From Octopus vulgaris (lineage: Eukaryota), in contig OX597824.1 of the NCBI GenBank assembly GCA_951406725.2, positions 90,706,001-90,770,000 on the forward strand: DNA of 64,000 nucleotides. The letters run 5' to 3'. The notes under the pieces are model-generated. The model was not told the DNA's origin. It made no database searches and saw only the letters and a list, made by a program, of their open reading frames with translations. Within the stretch, counting starts at the first letter, position 1, and every line of letters starts with the position of its first letter. Of the stretch, positions 1-14,063 are shown piece by piece. The translations under genes were made by a program, and so were the position numbers.

Positions 1-313
1 CTTAGCAACACATGGTTCTGGGTACAGTGGCACCTTGAGCAAGTATCTTCTACTATAGCCTCGGACCGACCAAAGCCTTGTGAGTGCATTTTGGTAGACG
101 GAAACTATGTATGTATATGTCTGTGTTTGTCCCGCCAACATCGCTTGAGATTCGATGCTGATGTGTTTACATCCCCGTAACTTAGCGGTTCGGCAAAAGA
201 GTGCGATAGATTAAACACTAGTCCTACAAAGAATAAGTCCTGAGGCCGAGTTGTTCGACTAAAAAGTGCTGCTCCAGCATAGCCGCAGTCAAATGACTGA
301 AACAAATAAAAGA
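1..313 (+). mobile_element. tRNA-derived SINE, family A (5'-truncated by window edge)
   Basis: Shares blocks CTATAGCC-CGACCAAAGCCTTGTGAGTG-TTTGGTAGACGGAAACT and tail GCTCCAGCAT-GCAGTCAAATGACTGAAACAA with more than 10 other copies in the window. Confidence 0.9.
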
Positions 314-332
314 ATATATATATATCATATAC

Positions 333-453
<121 letters not shown>

Positions 454-525
454 ATATTATAAATATTTTTATGAATATATATTTATAAGGTATACATCAT
501 ACATACCGTCGCATATCATGTATAC

Positions 526-562
<37 letters not shown>

Positions 563-754
563 ACTCATATAACTCTCTGTCTCTATATCTCCGTCTTGAT
601 CTGCATCTCTATATGTGCGTGTGTCTTTGTGCGTTCATCTGTCGGGGCTTTTGTGTCCGTGTTTTATTCTTGTCTGCATATGAACGAGAACTCTACTCGT
701 ATACATATTTTATTAATTTCACTTTTCTGTTTCCAATTCGATTTATTTCATAAA

Positions 755-2012
<1,258 letters not shown>

Positions 2013-3639
2013 ACGTTTAGGCGAATTTTTTTTTTTTTTCGAAATTTCTTCAAAACTCTCATAATTTCTTCAAAACTCTTCACGGTCTCCTCTACAGGAC
2101 GAAGTGATGTTGGAGTGTATTACTGCTGCTTGTATTTGACAGAATGTAATGTGATCGATTTAAATATTCTCATGTGGGGCTTGGGTTTTTTTTACCATAT
2201 ATCATCTTTCGAAGTATTTATGTCGGCTGGTTTTGTCCTTTTTCTAGTAATTAACCCGCTATAATTAATTGCACCTTTCGTAAGTCTTTTAATTGTTTAA
2301 TACTTTTTACTTCTTTTTCTTTTTCTAGCAATATAAAATTAATATAAAATTAATATATTAATATAAAATATAGCTGAAGCTTTATTTTATATTAATTGCC
2401 TAAATTGGCAACATGACCATCCCCAAATACAACAATATCTGTTTCAACACACGAATTCACATCAAGAATCTTGCAAAACAAATATATAAACGTAAATTTG
2501 TATCTATATTTTAGCTTTAATACCAATAGTCTTTGCGAAAAATTCAGTATAGAATAAATGTGTTCTTTACAAATGCTTTCGTTGACTATGAAGTGGCAGT
2601 GTTATTAGAACGTTAGATAAAATATCTCGCGGTATTATTTCAGATAGTCAGCGCCCTAAGTTCAGTTCCCGCCGAGGACAACTTTGCTCCCATCTGTCGT
2701 GGTCGATAAAACTAACTACTCTAGGTTGTTGAATTTGCTGAAGGCTATGAGCACCGAACTGGCTGCTGAGCGGCATGTGAACCGACATTTTGCGTTCTGA
2801 GTTGAAATCCCGCCGTGGCCTATTTGTTTACTTGTTTTAACACGTTTACCTCTTGGGTGAACACTTTGTTGCAAGCTTTCGGTCCAAGTTTTCGGTTTGA
2901 AAATAAGTTCCTCTTTCCCACCTACCAGTTTGGGGGCGGGGGTCTGCAAAGCGTCATATAATTGTAGTTTTTGTTGTGTGATGCATTAGAATTCATTTAA
3001 AAACTGTGATTGGGAAGGTCACCTAGAAAAACAGTACCGTCATTATACGCTAATATAACAATCGAAGTCGTGAAGTTCACAACTTTCAGATTTTTAATCG
3101 AATTTGTAAATAACACTGGTTGTTAATTGTTAGTTTATTGGTATATAGGCTTACTGTTTATTATTGATAACAACGCTTTCAAGATTAAGGCTTTGTAATA
3201 GTATTAGTCATGACTTGCTGCCATATATCTCCATTCTAACCGACGCAATTTTTCATAATATACGCGTCTATTTTTTAGCTTGTTTTATGTAATACATTTC
3301 ATAAGTCGTTTCTTTGTTATTAAATAGGTATCGCGCCTGATGTAATTACATTTATATTATTCAAATAATTTGTTTTCAACAACCGTTATTTAAATATTCA
3401 AGATCACGTTATATAATAAGCGATCTGCTTTACAAATGTTTTTAACTTCGAAGTTAAGAACTCCATGACTCCAACTATTATATTAACCTGACGAGCACAA
3501 CGTTGTGCCTTCGGCCTCTCACGGTCACAGGAGGAAACAACTATAATCACTAATTTATAGAACGCGAAACATTAATAGATGGGAGAATATCAGAGTGAAT
3601 CTCTTAACCCAGCTCAAAATACTGAACTAAATACACATG

Positions 3640-3800
3640 CGCGGGCATGACCGTGAGTTTAAAAAGCTAGCTTTGTTACCATGAAGGTTGGGGTTCAGTT
3701 CCCCAACGTAGCACCTGGGGCAAGTAACTTCTTCTATAGCACTGGAACAAGCAATGGCTTGCAAGTAAATTTGTTAGGGAGAAACTGTGTGGTATCTCGT
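3640..3800 (+). mobile_element. SINE family A 5' half, diverged
   Basis: GGGTTCAGTTCC B-box-like, GCACCTGGGGCAAGT, CTTCTATAGC, GAAACTGTG. Confidence 0.7.
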
Positions 3801-3879
3801 ATATATATATATATATAATTTATGTGTATGTATATATATATATATACACATACATACACACACACACACATATATATAT

Positions 3880-3985
<106 letters not shown>

Positions 3986-4269
3986 ATATATACACATATA
4001 CATAATTTATATATATTATATATAGAGGAATAAGAAAATGGAGGGGATCAATAGATGGTTCATCAACTTTTAGATATTATATATATATATATATCATATA
4101 TATATATATGTTTATATAAAGGTGTGTGTATATATGTATGTATGTGTCTGCATGTGTGCGTGTGGGTGCGTGTGCATTTTTGCTTTTATTGCGGTTGGGC
4201 AAGAAGTGTACGATGGAATAAAAACAGATTTAGAATTAATTCTGGAAATCATCTGTTCGTTTAAACACA

Positions 4270-4888
4270 TTCGGTGCTCCATAATCTTTGCCTTCACTTC
4301 ATCTTTGGTGCTACAAGGGGAGTTTTGTTGGTATCTCGCCCAACTGCTTCCCACACATGATAATGAAGGGGGTTGCAGTCTGGGGAGTTAGGTGTCCAGA
4401 TGTTAGCAGTGATGTAGTCGCAGAAATAATCTGACAGCCATGACTGGGTTCCCAGACATAAGGTCTTCCAGCAGCCACCCACTTGACCCAGGGCAGCACT
4501 ACCCCCTTCAGGTACTTGATGTAGGACTCTGTGTTGTGTATGAGGCTGTGGGAAAATGAATGGTGGCATAACGACACCATCACTAGTGATCACTCCATGA
4601 TGTTGACTGGATGTTTGATTTTTATCACTCTCGGCAAACGTCCACAGGTTTCACTGCCTTCAGACTGACATCCAAACGCTCTGAAATGTTCGTACTGGAG
4701 CTTCCGGCACGAATGCCAAGCAGTACAGCATGTCGTTTCCAGAGTGATTTGCGTCATGGTAGTTTTTCTCACACACGGTGCCCAACAGACCCTACTACAC
4801 TGTGCAGTCGACAAAATCAAAAACAAACTATGAATATGCATGAAATTAAAAATATAAATTGGTGACAATTTACCCATCGCACCCTGTA
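4270..4888 (-). mobile_element. Tc1/mariner (probably maT/DD37D-like) transposon remnant with deletions and frameshifts
   Basis: Minus-strand pieces KHPVNIM / ITSDGVVMPPFIF / LKGVVLPWVKWVAAGRPYVW / IWTPNSPDCNPLHYHVW (WPPxSPDLNP motif). Terminus TA-CAGGGTGCGATGGGTAAATT at 4888-4867. Confidence 0.85.
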
Positions 4889-4894
4889 CACACG

Positions 4895-4927
<33 letters not shown>

Positions 4928-5014
4928 TCATATGTACATACATACACGCACACACACACACACACACACACGCACAAACACACACACACACATATATATA
5001 TGTGTACACACATA

Positions 5015-5170
5015 ATGGCTTCCACACAGTTCCCGTCGACGAAATTCCCTCGCAAGGCAGCCTGGGGATATAATAGAAGACACTTGCCGAATGTGCCACG
5101 CAGTACAGTTGAACCCGAAACTGCTTGGTTGCGAAGCGGGCTTCTTAAGCACACAGCCACAGCAGCGCCT
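5015..5170 (-). mobile_element. SINE family A 5' half
   Basis: Reverse complement of the family A head (AGAAGACACTTGCC...CACACAGCCAC on plus). Confidence 0.8.
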
Positions 5171-5325
5171 ATAATCATCCTATGGGAAGGAAAAGAAAAA
5201 AAAAACCCCCAAAAAACCCCCTGATATGATGGTTTCAACTGAAACAATTTTCATCACAGATCCCTTTGATTAGGAGTGACTTGAAGCTAAATAGTTACGG
5301 CTCAAACATCGGTGACTTATTTTAG

Positions 5326-5485
5326 CAGGCGCTGGCGGGGCTATGTCATAAGAGGTTTACTCCTAAACCATACAGTTTCGGGTTCCAACCCAGCACTCGG
5401 TATCTTGGGCAAATGTTTTCTATTATGGCTCCCAGTCGGTTAAAGTCTTGTGAGGGTATTTGTGGACTAAAAGAAGCCCGTCATA
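5326..5485 (+). mobile_element. SINE family A 5' half, diverged
   Basis: GGGTTCCAACCC, CTTGGGCAAATG, AAAGAAGCCCGTC followed by CA/TA microsatellite. Confidence 0.65.
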
Positions 5486-5496
5486 TTTATCTTCAT

Positions 5497-5581
<85 letters not shown>

Positions 5582-5801
5582 GTTGCTATTATGCAAAAGT
5601 GTCGTAAGTCCGAAACGTTGATTTTTTTTACAGAAAACAAAAATAATAGTTTCACCATTCATATAAGTGTTGTACTACACTTTGACTAATTGTGATATTT
5701 TGGCATCTGAATCAGCTGGAGATACGATAGTTTGGCCAAAAGAACCGGCAAGTAAAAATTTGGACATACGACAGTTTAACATAATAGCAACGATATGTAT
5801 G

Positions 5802-5859
<58 letters not shown>

Positions 5860-5862
5860 ATA

Positions 5863-6022
5863 CACGACAGGCTTCTTTCAGTTTCCGTCTACCAAATCCA
5901 CTCACAAGGCTTTGCTCGGCCTTAGGCTACCGTAGAAGACACTTGCACAAGATGCAACGCAGTGTGACTAAACCCAGAACCATGTGGTTGAGAAGCAAGC
6001 TTCTTACCACACAGCCACGCCT
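5863..6022 (-). mobile_element. SINE family A 5' half
   Basis: GGCTTCTTTCAGTTTCCGTCTACCAAATCCACTCACAAGGCTTTG...ACCACACAGCCAC on plus. Confidence 0.85.
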
Positions 6023-6029
6023 GGACCTA

Positions 6030-6134
6030 TATGGGATGTTTTTTAAAGCATTGTATGGTTATAAGGGTCCATCTGAATAAAATAGAAATCAAAGGGCTCC
6101 ATTGGTAGAAAAAAGAAAGTAGTTGAAAATCACT
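6030..6134 (-). mobile_element. hAT-type MITE terminal fragment (same family as 42918-43257)
   Basis: Reverse complement CAGTGATTTTCAACT...GGAGCCCTTTGATTTCTATTTTATTCAGATGGACCC matches the start of the 42918 element. Confidence 0.6.
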
Positions 6135-6429
6135 GTCCTAATGTGTCTCCCTTTTCGCCGTCTCAAAGTACGAAGTAGAAAACAGCGAAGGGCAATCTAT
6201 GTGGACAATCCATTGGTCAGAAATAACAGCAATTTCAGCCTCAATTTACAAACAAGCATCTCAGAAATGGAAAGACGTATTGCGTCCATAACGTAGTCCT
6301 AGATGGACTATGTTAGAATAAATGATAGAATGGTCAGATCTGCAGCGTGATTGCTTGATCATATATTCATGTGTTGGCTCATAGCAGCCATGGGCTAAAC
6401 AGCAATTTCTTTTATTTTATTTTATATGT

Positions 6430-6685
6430 TTTAATTATTTCAGGCCTTGGATTGCAGCCATGCTGGGGTACCGCCATGGAGGGTTTAGTTGAACGAATTG
6501 ACACCAGAAGTTTTTATTTTTAAGTCTGGTACTTAATATATCGATTTTTGCCCCCTTTTTTTTTTGTCCGAATCACAATGTTACAGGTGTGTAAACAAAC
6601 CGACACCGGCTGCCACGCGGAATGGCAATGGATATATATATATATATATAATATATTGCCTAATAGTGGTTTTATCTCTAATTTA

Positions 6686-6728
<43 letters not shown>

Positions 6729-6779
6729 ATACATACATATAGGCATACATACACACACACACACAGATATATAAGTGTG

Positions 6780-6823
<44 letters not shown>

Positions 6824-7033
6824 GACCGTTGAACCCTTTATTCGCAATATTACCGAATCTGGAACTTAACTATGGTCTGTCTCTAGCACTTATTCAGCAT
6901 TACCTGACAACTTTGGGTCTCAATGACATCATTACCACTTATACACACACACACATACATATATATATACATACATACATACATAATACATACATATAGG
7001 CATATATACACACACACACACATATATACATAT

Positions 7034-7083
<50 letters not shown>

Positions 7084-7397
7084 TTACAGGGTAAATGTTT
7101 TTTAATTTTCTCCTGGTTTACGGAATTGACGTTATTTTGCGGTTAAAGCTTTTGGCTGTTATTTCTAGTGGGTGAATGGCCTATTATGGCCGTTCCTTGA
7201 TTGTGATATATATATATATATATATATACGGTTGGCTAAATTTAGTTTCCGTCTACCAATTCCACCCACAAGGCTCTTTGGTCGGCCCGATGCTTTAGTA
7301 TTAATTAGACACTTGCCCAAATTGGAACACAGTGAGACTGAACGCGGAACCATGGGTTTGGTAAGCCAGCTTCTTACCACACAGCCAAGCCTGCACC
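6430..7397 (-). mobile_element. SINE family A pieces (3' half 6430-6620, 5' half 7228-7397) separated by microsatellites and other sequence
   Basis: Similarity to both halves of family A in consistent orientation and order. Confidence 0.6.
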
Positions 7398-7660
7398 TGT
7401 ATATTTAATGTTTACGACAAAGACAGACTTTAAAATCAAGTTATACGTTTAAGGTTAACAGAATAAAAAAATATAATTATGTCTGTTTAAAAGATGTGAA
7501 ATAAAAATATGACAGCACAACTTCGCCTACCTTTTATTTATTATTCATTAATACGATTTTAAAATGATTTAATCTCGAGGGGATGGCCACTAAGTGTGGA
7601 CTAAGTTTGTGTATATTTGTATAAGTATGCATGTATATATATATATATATATATAGATAT

Positions 7661-7705
<45 letters not shown>

Positions 7706-7761
7706 AAGTGAGAAAGAGATTGATAAATATGTGTGTGTGTGAATGTGTGTTTGTGCATATG

Positions 7762-7801
<40 letters not shown>

Positions 7802-8495
7802 CGTGTCTGTGTTATATATGTGTGTATATATATGTATATATTTATATATGTGTGTGTGTATAGTTATATACATATGTCGAGATATGTGAACGTATGTGAA
7901 TATACATGTATATATGTATATGTGTGTGTGTGTGTGTGTGCGCGTATTTACACACATACACACACATATATGTATATATACATACATAGATACGCAGATA
8001 CGCAGACTCACATAAATACGCACAAACACGTTTATTCTCTCGGAATCCGTTGGTGAGTGTTTCGTCATAATGCATACATGCATGCTTGCATCTATCCATC
8101 CATCCATCCATCCATACATACATACATAAGAAACACCCACATCAAAACAGAAATACAAAAAGGAATCGAAAATGGATAACGAATGAATACATGTAATTCG
8201 CTTTAACACATTTCAAATTATCTTTAGAAAGTTCACATAGAGTTTTGCAGTACGGTGCTGAAGACGTGGGTGACGAGATCGAAACACATTAATGACTCAC
8301 CATAAACTTTGGAATATTAAGAATTTCGAAGTTTGTATATTGTTGAAAGCTGTAACGCTTCCATGTGTCCATTTGTCAAGCTACTTCGAATAGCATTAAA
8401 TACGTACACACATGTGTGCATGCTTGTATGCATATATGTTTTACTCAACTCAACATGTTTTTTTTTCATTCTCTCTCTATTTATTTCCTCTTAAT

Positions 8496-8534
8496 CCTTC
8501 CTGACGAAGAGCGTAGGCTCGAAACGCTAAAGAC
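8496..8534 (+). ncRNA. Minimal hammerhead motif, family H2 (cleavage-site U mutated)
   Basis: CCTTC-CTGACGA-A-GAGC(GTAG)GCTC-GAAA-CG-CT-AAAGA, inside a repeat of about 160 bp (8460-8620) also at 12215-12415, 23160-23300 and 53530-53700. Confidence 0.55.
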
Positions 8535-8831
8535 ATTTCCATTTTCCTGCGTCAAACTAATACACTCGCTTGTTGCTCCTACACCTGTTTTCGTCTTTGT
8601 TTTTCTATAAATTTGAACTATATATATATATTTAATAGCATCTTAAGCATTTGCCTTCGTTTACAATTTTTCCTATCTTCATCTAAATACGATTTCCCCA
8701 GAATCAAATCCCACACAAGTCTGACCATTGCGTCCTGGGACACTTAAGCAACATTTAACTACCCTGTAAATATTCCCCTGGATCTTTCCTACAAATTGTA
8801 CACTCACACACACACACACACACACACACAC

Positions 8832-8883
<52 letters not shown>

Positions 8884-8994
8884 ATATATATGTATGTATG
8901 AATGTATATATATATATATGTGTGTGTGTATACATATATGTATATATACATATATATATGTATGGTGTGTGTGTATATGCGCGTGTGCGTCCTT

Positions 8995-9222
8995 GCAGCT
9001 TTGTTTGTCTCCTACTACCCTTTGACAACCGGTGTTGTTGTGATTACGTCTCCGTAACAAGCGATTCGATAATATGGAACGATAAAATAAGTGTCACGCT
9101 TTAAAAACAAAAAAAGAATGAAAGAAAAAAAATTACTGGGATCGATTCCTATGACTAAAGTTCTTCAAGGAGCGACTGCGGCATGAACGCAGTCTAATGA
9201 CTGAAACAAGTAAAAGATATAA
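8995..9222 (+). mobile_element. SINE family A 3' half
   Basis: TTGACAACCGGTGTTG...GCAGTCTAATGACTGAAACAAGTAAAAGA. Confidence 0.75.
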
Positions 9223-9324
9223 GTTACGGAGAAAGAGCGACTATGGAATTCTATTTGAACAATCAGGCAATTGTTCATATATAAATGTCACTTTAAATCG
9301 GAGTATATTTATATTGTTATTAGT

Positions 9325-9374
<50 letters not shown>

Positions 9375-9396
9375 GAAACACTCCTGTCACAACCTA

Positions 9397-9442
9397 GGAC
9401 CTTGAAGACTGCTTTAATGCATGAAGGAAAGTATACTAGTCC
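9397..9442 (+). ncRNA. Degenerate hammerhead-like motif
   Basis: GGAC-CTTGAAGA-CTGC(TTTAAT)GCATGAAG-GAAA-GTATAC-TA-GTCC. Stem I GGAC/GTCC, palindromic stem III AGTATACT, one extra T in the CUGANGA box. Confidence 0.4.
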
Positions 9443-9649
9443 CTTAATATTTGATATTCAATATTTCATCTATTCAATAAGACAATCAATACTTCATTTC
9501 ATTTTACTATGTATATATATTATTTATACTATATATTCTATATTCTACATTAATATTATACAGAATATAAATAAAAAACAGACAGAGTTGGAATTCCTTT
9601 GAATAATATGTGTCACTCTATACACAATCATAGAAACCCCTTTATATGC

Positions 9650-9712
<63 letters not shown>

Positions 9713-9866
9713 TATGTTATATATACATATACATATATATAATTATATGTTTATATATATATATATATATGTATACGTATATATATATGCATATATGTGT
9801 GTATATATATACATATCTATATATACATATATATATAATATATTTATTATATATATATATACATAC

Positions 9867-9972
<106 letters not shown>

Positions 9973-10117
9973 ATGTAGCACGATGCTTTGTCAGTGAACA
10001 GGTCGCGGTCTCAAAGCGTCGAAAATATTTTGACAAATTAAACTTATATGTTGAAGTGAATCTAACGATTTTGTGTGTTTCGTAAATGGCTTATAGACAC
10101 CTTCCACGCTGCAATTG

Positions 10118-10170
<53 letters not shown>

Positions 10171-10399
10171 TGATTTAAAATGGAAAATTGATCAATATTT
10201 TTTGTGGGGTTGAGTACATGTTTATTCGGTTTTTACAAGAAGAGGTGTGCCAGTGACTCCGAAGTTTGCTAAATATGTTTAGGTATACTTACGTTGAAGT
10301 GAGCGTGTGTCTATTTGTTTATCAACAAGAAGGAGCAAAATATATCAGTATTGCAGTGCTTTGCACACACACATGAATACATGACTATGTGCATGTATT

Positions 10400-10442
<43 letters not shown>

Positions 10443-10511
10443 GAATCTATCTCTCTTTATATATATGTACTTATAACCCAACCTATATATATATTTCGGT
10501 TCTAAATTATC

Positions 10512-10557
10512 AAAACTGTCCGACGAACGGGAGCGTGAAACTCCGAGTAACAGCTAT
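10512..10557 (+). ncRNA. Minimal hammerhead motif, family H3 (CCGA core variant)
   Basis: CTGT-CCGACGA-ACG(GGAG)CGT-GAAA-CTCCGAG-TA-ACAG, followed by AATAAA about 25 nt downstream and then (TA)n. Confidence 0.65.
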
Positions 10558-10718
10558 TGTTATATTTTTGCTGCTTTTAAATAAAGTATATACATATATA
10601 TATACATATATATATATATATATGTATATATATATTTACTACTACTATATATATATATATATATATATATAAATACAAAATTTCTAAATCTCTCGTAGAG
10701 ACATGTACGGTATACAAC

Positions 10719-10755
<37 letters not shown>

Positions 10756-10784
10756 CGAGAATGAAGCAACAAGAATGGATAGGT

Positions 10785-10875
10785 TTTTAGTACAATCGTT
10801 TCATACAAGGACAGGTTTTATTAAAAGTTGCAAAAATTACAGCATATAAACGTGTCCCGTACTCATCAGCTAAAA
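10785..10875 (-). ncRNA. Type I hammerhead ribozyme, canonical core (GUA site)
   Basis: Minus strand: TTTTAG-CTGATGA-GTACGGGACA...TGTCCTTGTAT-GAAA-CGATTG-TA-CTAAAA. Perfect 6-bp stem I, about 10-bp stem II, short stem III. Confidence 0.8.
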
Positions 10876-11038
10876 TACATGTGAGTTCTCTAGACATCCT
10901 AGTGGTTGAGGCTATACTCATGAAGTAATGTAGATAATTAAGTAACATAAACAGATTTCAAAAGTTCATTAAAGTTCTTTAAAGATGATGTACAGTCTTA
11001 TCACAGAATTTTAAAAAAGTCTTAACAGCATCACAGCA

Positions 11039-11103
<65 letters not shown>

Positions 11104-11470
11104 TACTATTTGCTATTTATTGTACTTTATTGATTTTTAGAATAATGTTTTTTAATAGTATATGTTTTCTATTTTGTGTGAATAACACCTTTCATTATTG
11201 AATTGTTTAATAGACGTTTTTGTCTAAATTATATACATTCATATATATATGTGTGTTTGTGTGTATTTATATGTAAATATTCATATGTATTATATAATTA
11301 TATAATACATATCTATCTTTCTATATTTATCTTTATTTGTAAGCGTGTGTGTGTGTGTGTGTTGGTAGGCGTATGCATGATGCATACCCAGTACAAATAG
11401 TATCTAAGAAAGAACACAATTCGGGTGGAATGTGCGAGTGTGTATATACACACACAGACTCATATATGTA

Positions 11471-12009
<539 letters not shown>

Positions 12010-12314
12010 CACGACAGACTTGATTCTGTTTCCATCTACAAAATCCTCTCCCAATGTCTCTTGACTTTCAAGCAGGTAGATGTCCACATTTTACAGTGGA
12101 TTTCAATCAAGCAGTGCCTCTATTTGCATATAAGAAAGTGTATACCTACACGCATATACGTATCTGTTTCAAATTGTGTGTGTGTATATATACACAGACA
12201 TACACGCATATATATAACGGGAAGCTTTATGAAAATAAACAAAAGACGAAGGCAGGTGGAAAACAAACGAACAATTGTATTAGTATGGCGCTCAGGAAAT
12301 ATAAATAAAACAAG

Positions 12315-12352
12315 TCTTTAACGTTTCGAGCCTACGCTCTTCAACAGAAAGA
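12315..12352 (-). ncRNA. Minimal hammerhead motif, family H2
   Basis: Minus strand: TCTTT-CTGTTGA-A-GAGC(GTAG)GCTC-GAAA-CG-TT-AAAGA. Perfect 5-bp stem I, 4-bp stem II, palindromic ACGT stem III, core A6 changed to U. Confidence 0.65.
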
Positions 12353-12830
12353 TACACAGAGAGAGAAAAACACAGAAAGAAGGAGAGAAGAAAAATGCGT
12401 GCAGTAGCTAACGATATATATATATATATACGCATATATATATATAGATATACATACATATATATATATATGCACACACATATATATATATATATATATA
12501 CATAAATACATATATATACATATAAATACATATATGTACAAACATATACATACATGGCGGTGCCCAGCCTGGCCACAGCTCGTGAGCTGAAACTAGATAT
12601 AAAAATTTTTTATATATATAAAAATATATATATACATACATATATATACATATATATACATATATATATATATAATTAAGTAAATATATATATCTATATG
12701 TATGTATATACATATACATATTTTTAATATTTTAATATATATATGCATATATATATACATATATATATATATATGTATATGTATGTATGTATATTTATAT
12801 TTATATATATATATGTATGTATATACATAG

Positions 12831-12880
<50 letters not shown>

Positions 12881-12929
12881 ATACACACACGCACAAACAC
12901 ACACACATACACACACACACACACACACA

Positions 12930-13165
12930 CATGATCGACTCCTGCATCGAAGACGAGCCTTTGCCGATCGATCTGCGCAAATGGTTTGCTTACAGTGATC
13001 GAATGTTCGTGCCATACATTCTCTCCATCACATCGATGGTGCCTGAACGGTTGCCACTGTGTGCCACGTGTCAGGTGCCGAAGTGATCGAAGAGCAACCT
13101 GAGGGGAAGTGTTTTGCTCAAGACCACTACGTACCACCCGGTGTTGGAATTGAAATCACCATCGC
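12930..13165 (-). mobile_element. tRNA-derived SINE fragment (family D-like)
   Basis: Plus strand GAGCAAC...AAGTGTTTTGCTCAAGA...GGAATTGAAATCAC resembles 34100-34215 and the reverse complement of 56843-57055. Confidence 0.55.
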
Positions 13166-13167
13166 TA

Positions 13168-13283
13168 GATGGCGCAGTGGTTAGGACAGCGGACTCGCGG
13201 TCGCAAGGTCGCGGTTTCGATTCCCCAGACCGAGCTTTGTGAGTGTTTATTGTGCAGAAACACCTAAAGCTCCACGAGGCTCC
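13168..13283 (+). mobile_element. SINE family C 5' part
   Basis: A-box TGGCGCAGTGG, B-box GGTTTCGATTCC, body matches 50217-50340. Confidence 0.85.
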
Positions 13284-13374
13284 TTTACTTCTTCCTCGGG
13301 ATAAAACAAAATGTCTAGAGGTGTTAAATCAGTTGATCCTGGTGGTCAAAGTCCCTTCGAAATAATCTGTTCAC

Positions 13375-13433
13375 CGCAGTGATGCGCAGGATGAAAATAA
13401 GTCACTGCGGAGAGACTTTTTGAACACCCTGTA
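13375..13433 (-). mobile_element. Tc1/mariner-type terminus (MITE end)
   Basis: Reverse complement TA-CAGGGTGTTCAAAAAGTC. Internal hairpin CCGCAGTGA/TCACTGCGG. Confidence 0.55.
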
Positions 13434-13448
13434 TATTACACCGTAAAC

Positions 13449-13499
<51 letters not shown>

Positions 13500-13694
13500 T
13501 ATAAAGACATGCACACATCATTTATCATTATATTCTGTAATAGGATATAATATATATAATTCCTATTTTTATGTCGGATACATATATTATAAAATACACC
13601 TTTACACGAACGCACATATGAGACATGTACATCTACATATATATGTATATATATATATTTATTGGCTGAACTGGAAAAAAGACCATTCCTAAAT

Positions 13695-13761
<67 letters not shown>

Positions 13762-14026
13762 TATACACGCACAAATGTACATATACATAATATATATATA
13801 TAATAAAAGAAAAATAGTGAATTTAAACTGACATATGTTAATTTATTAACATGATATCGTATTAACATAATATTAATAATCCCTACAATTGTTTCGATTC
13901 AAACTCAAAACCAATAACATATTTATGAAAATTCACTTTCTGGAATCATGTTGAGTAAAAATCTCATCAGGGTAAAATTAGGACAAAAATTACCTATCGG
14001 AAGTTTGAGATTCTTAAACAGACTGA

Positions 14027-14063
<37 letters not shown>

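Noticed and set aside
2073-2130. KLFTVSSTGRSDVGVYYC resembling the immunoglobulin D-x-G-x-Y-x-C strand, with an acceptor-like CTACAG at 2097
   Set aside because: No upstream Cys/Trp strands, upstream sequence is poly-T and SINE tail, and no clear donor. Treated as chance unless RNA-seq shows an exon.
3488-3540. CTGACGA followed by hairpin GCACAA/TTGTGC
   Set aside because: GAAA does not follow the stem, and no stem I or III can be formed.
13925-13978. Minus-strand CTGATGAG...GAAA
   Set aside because: Stems I and II do not pair convincingly.
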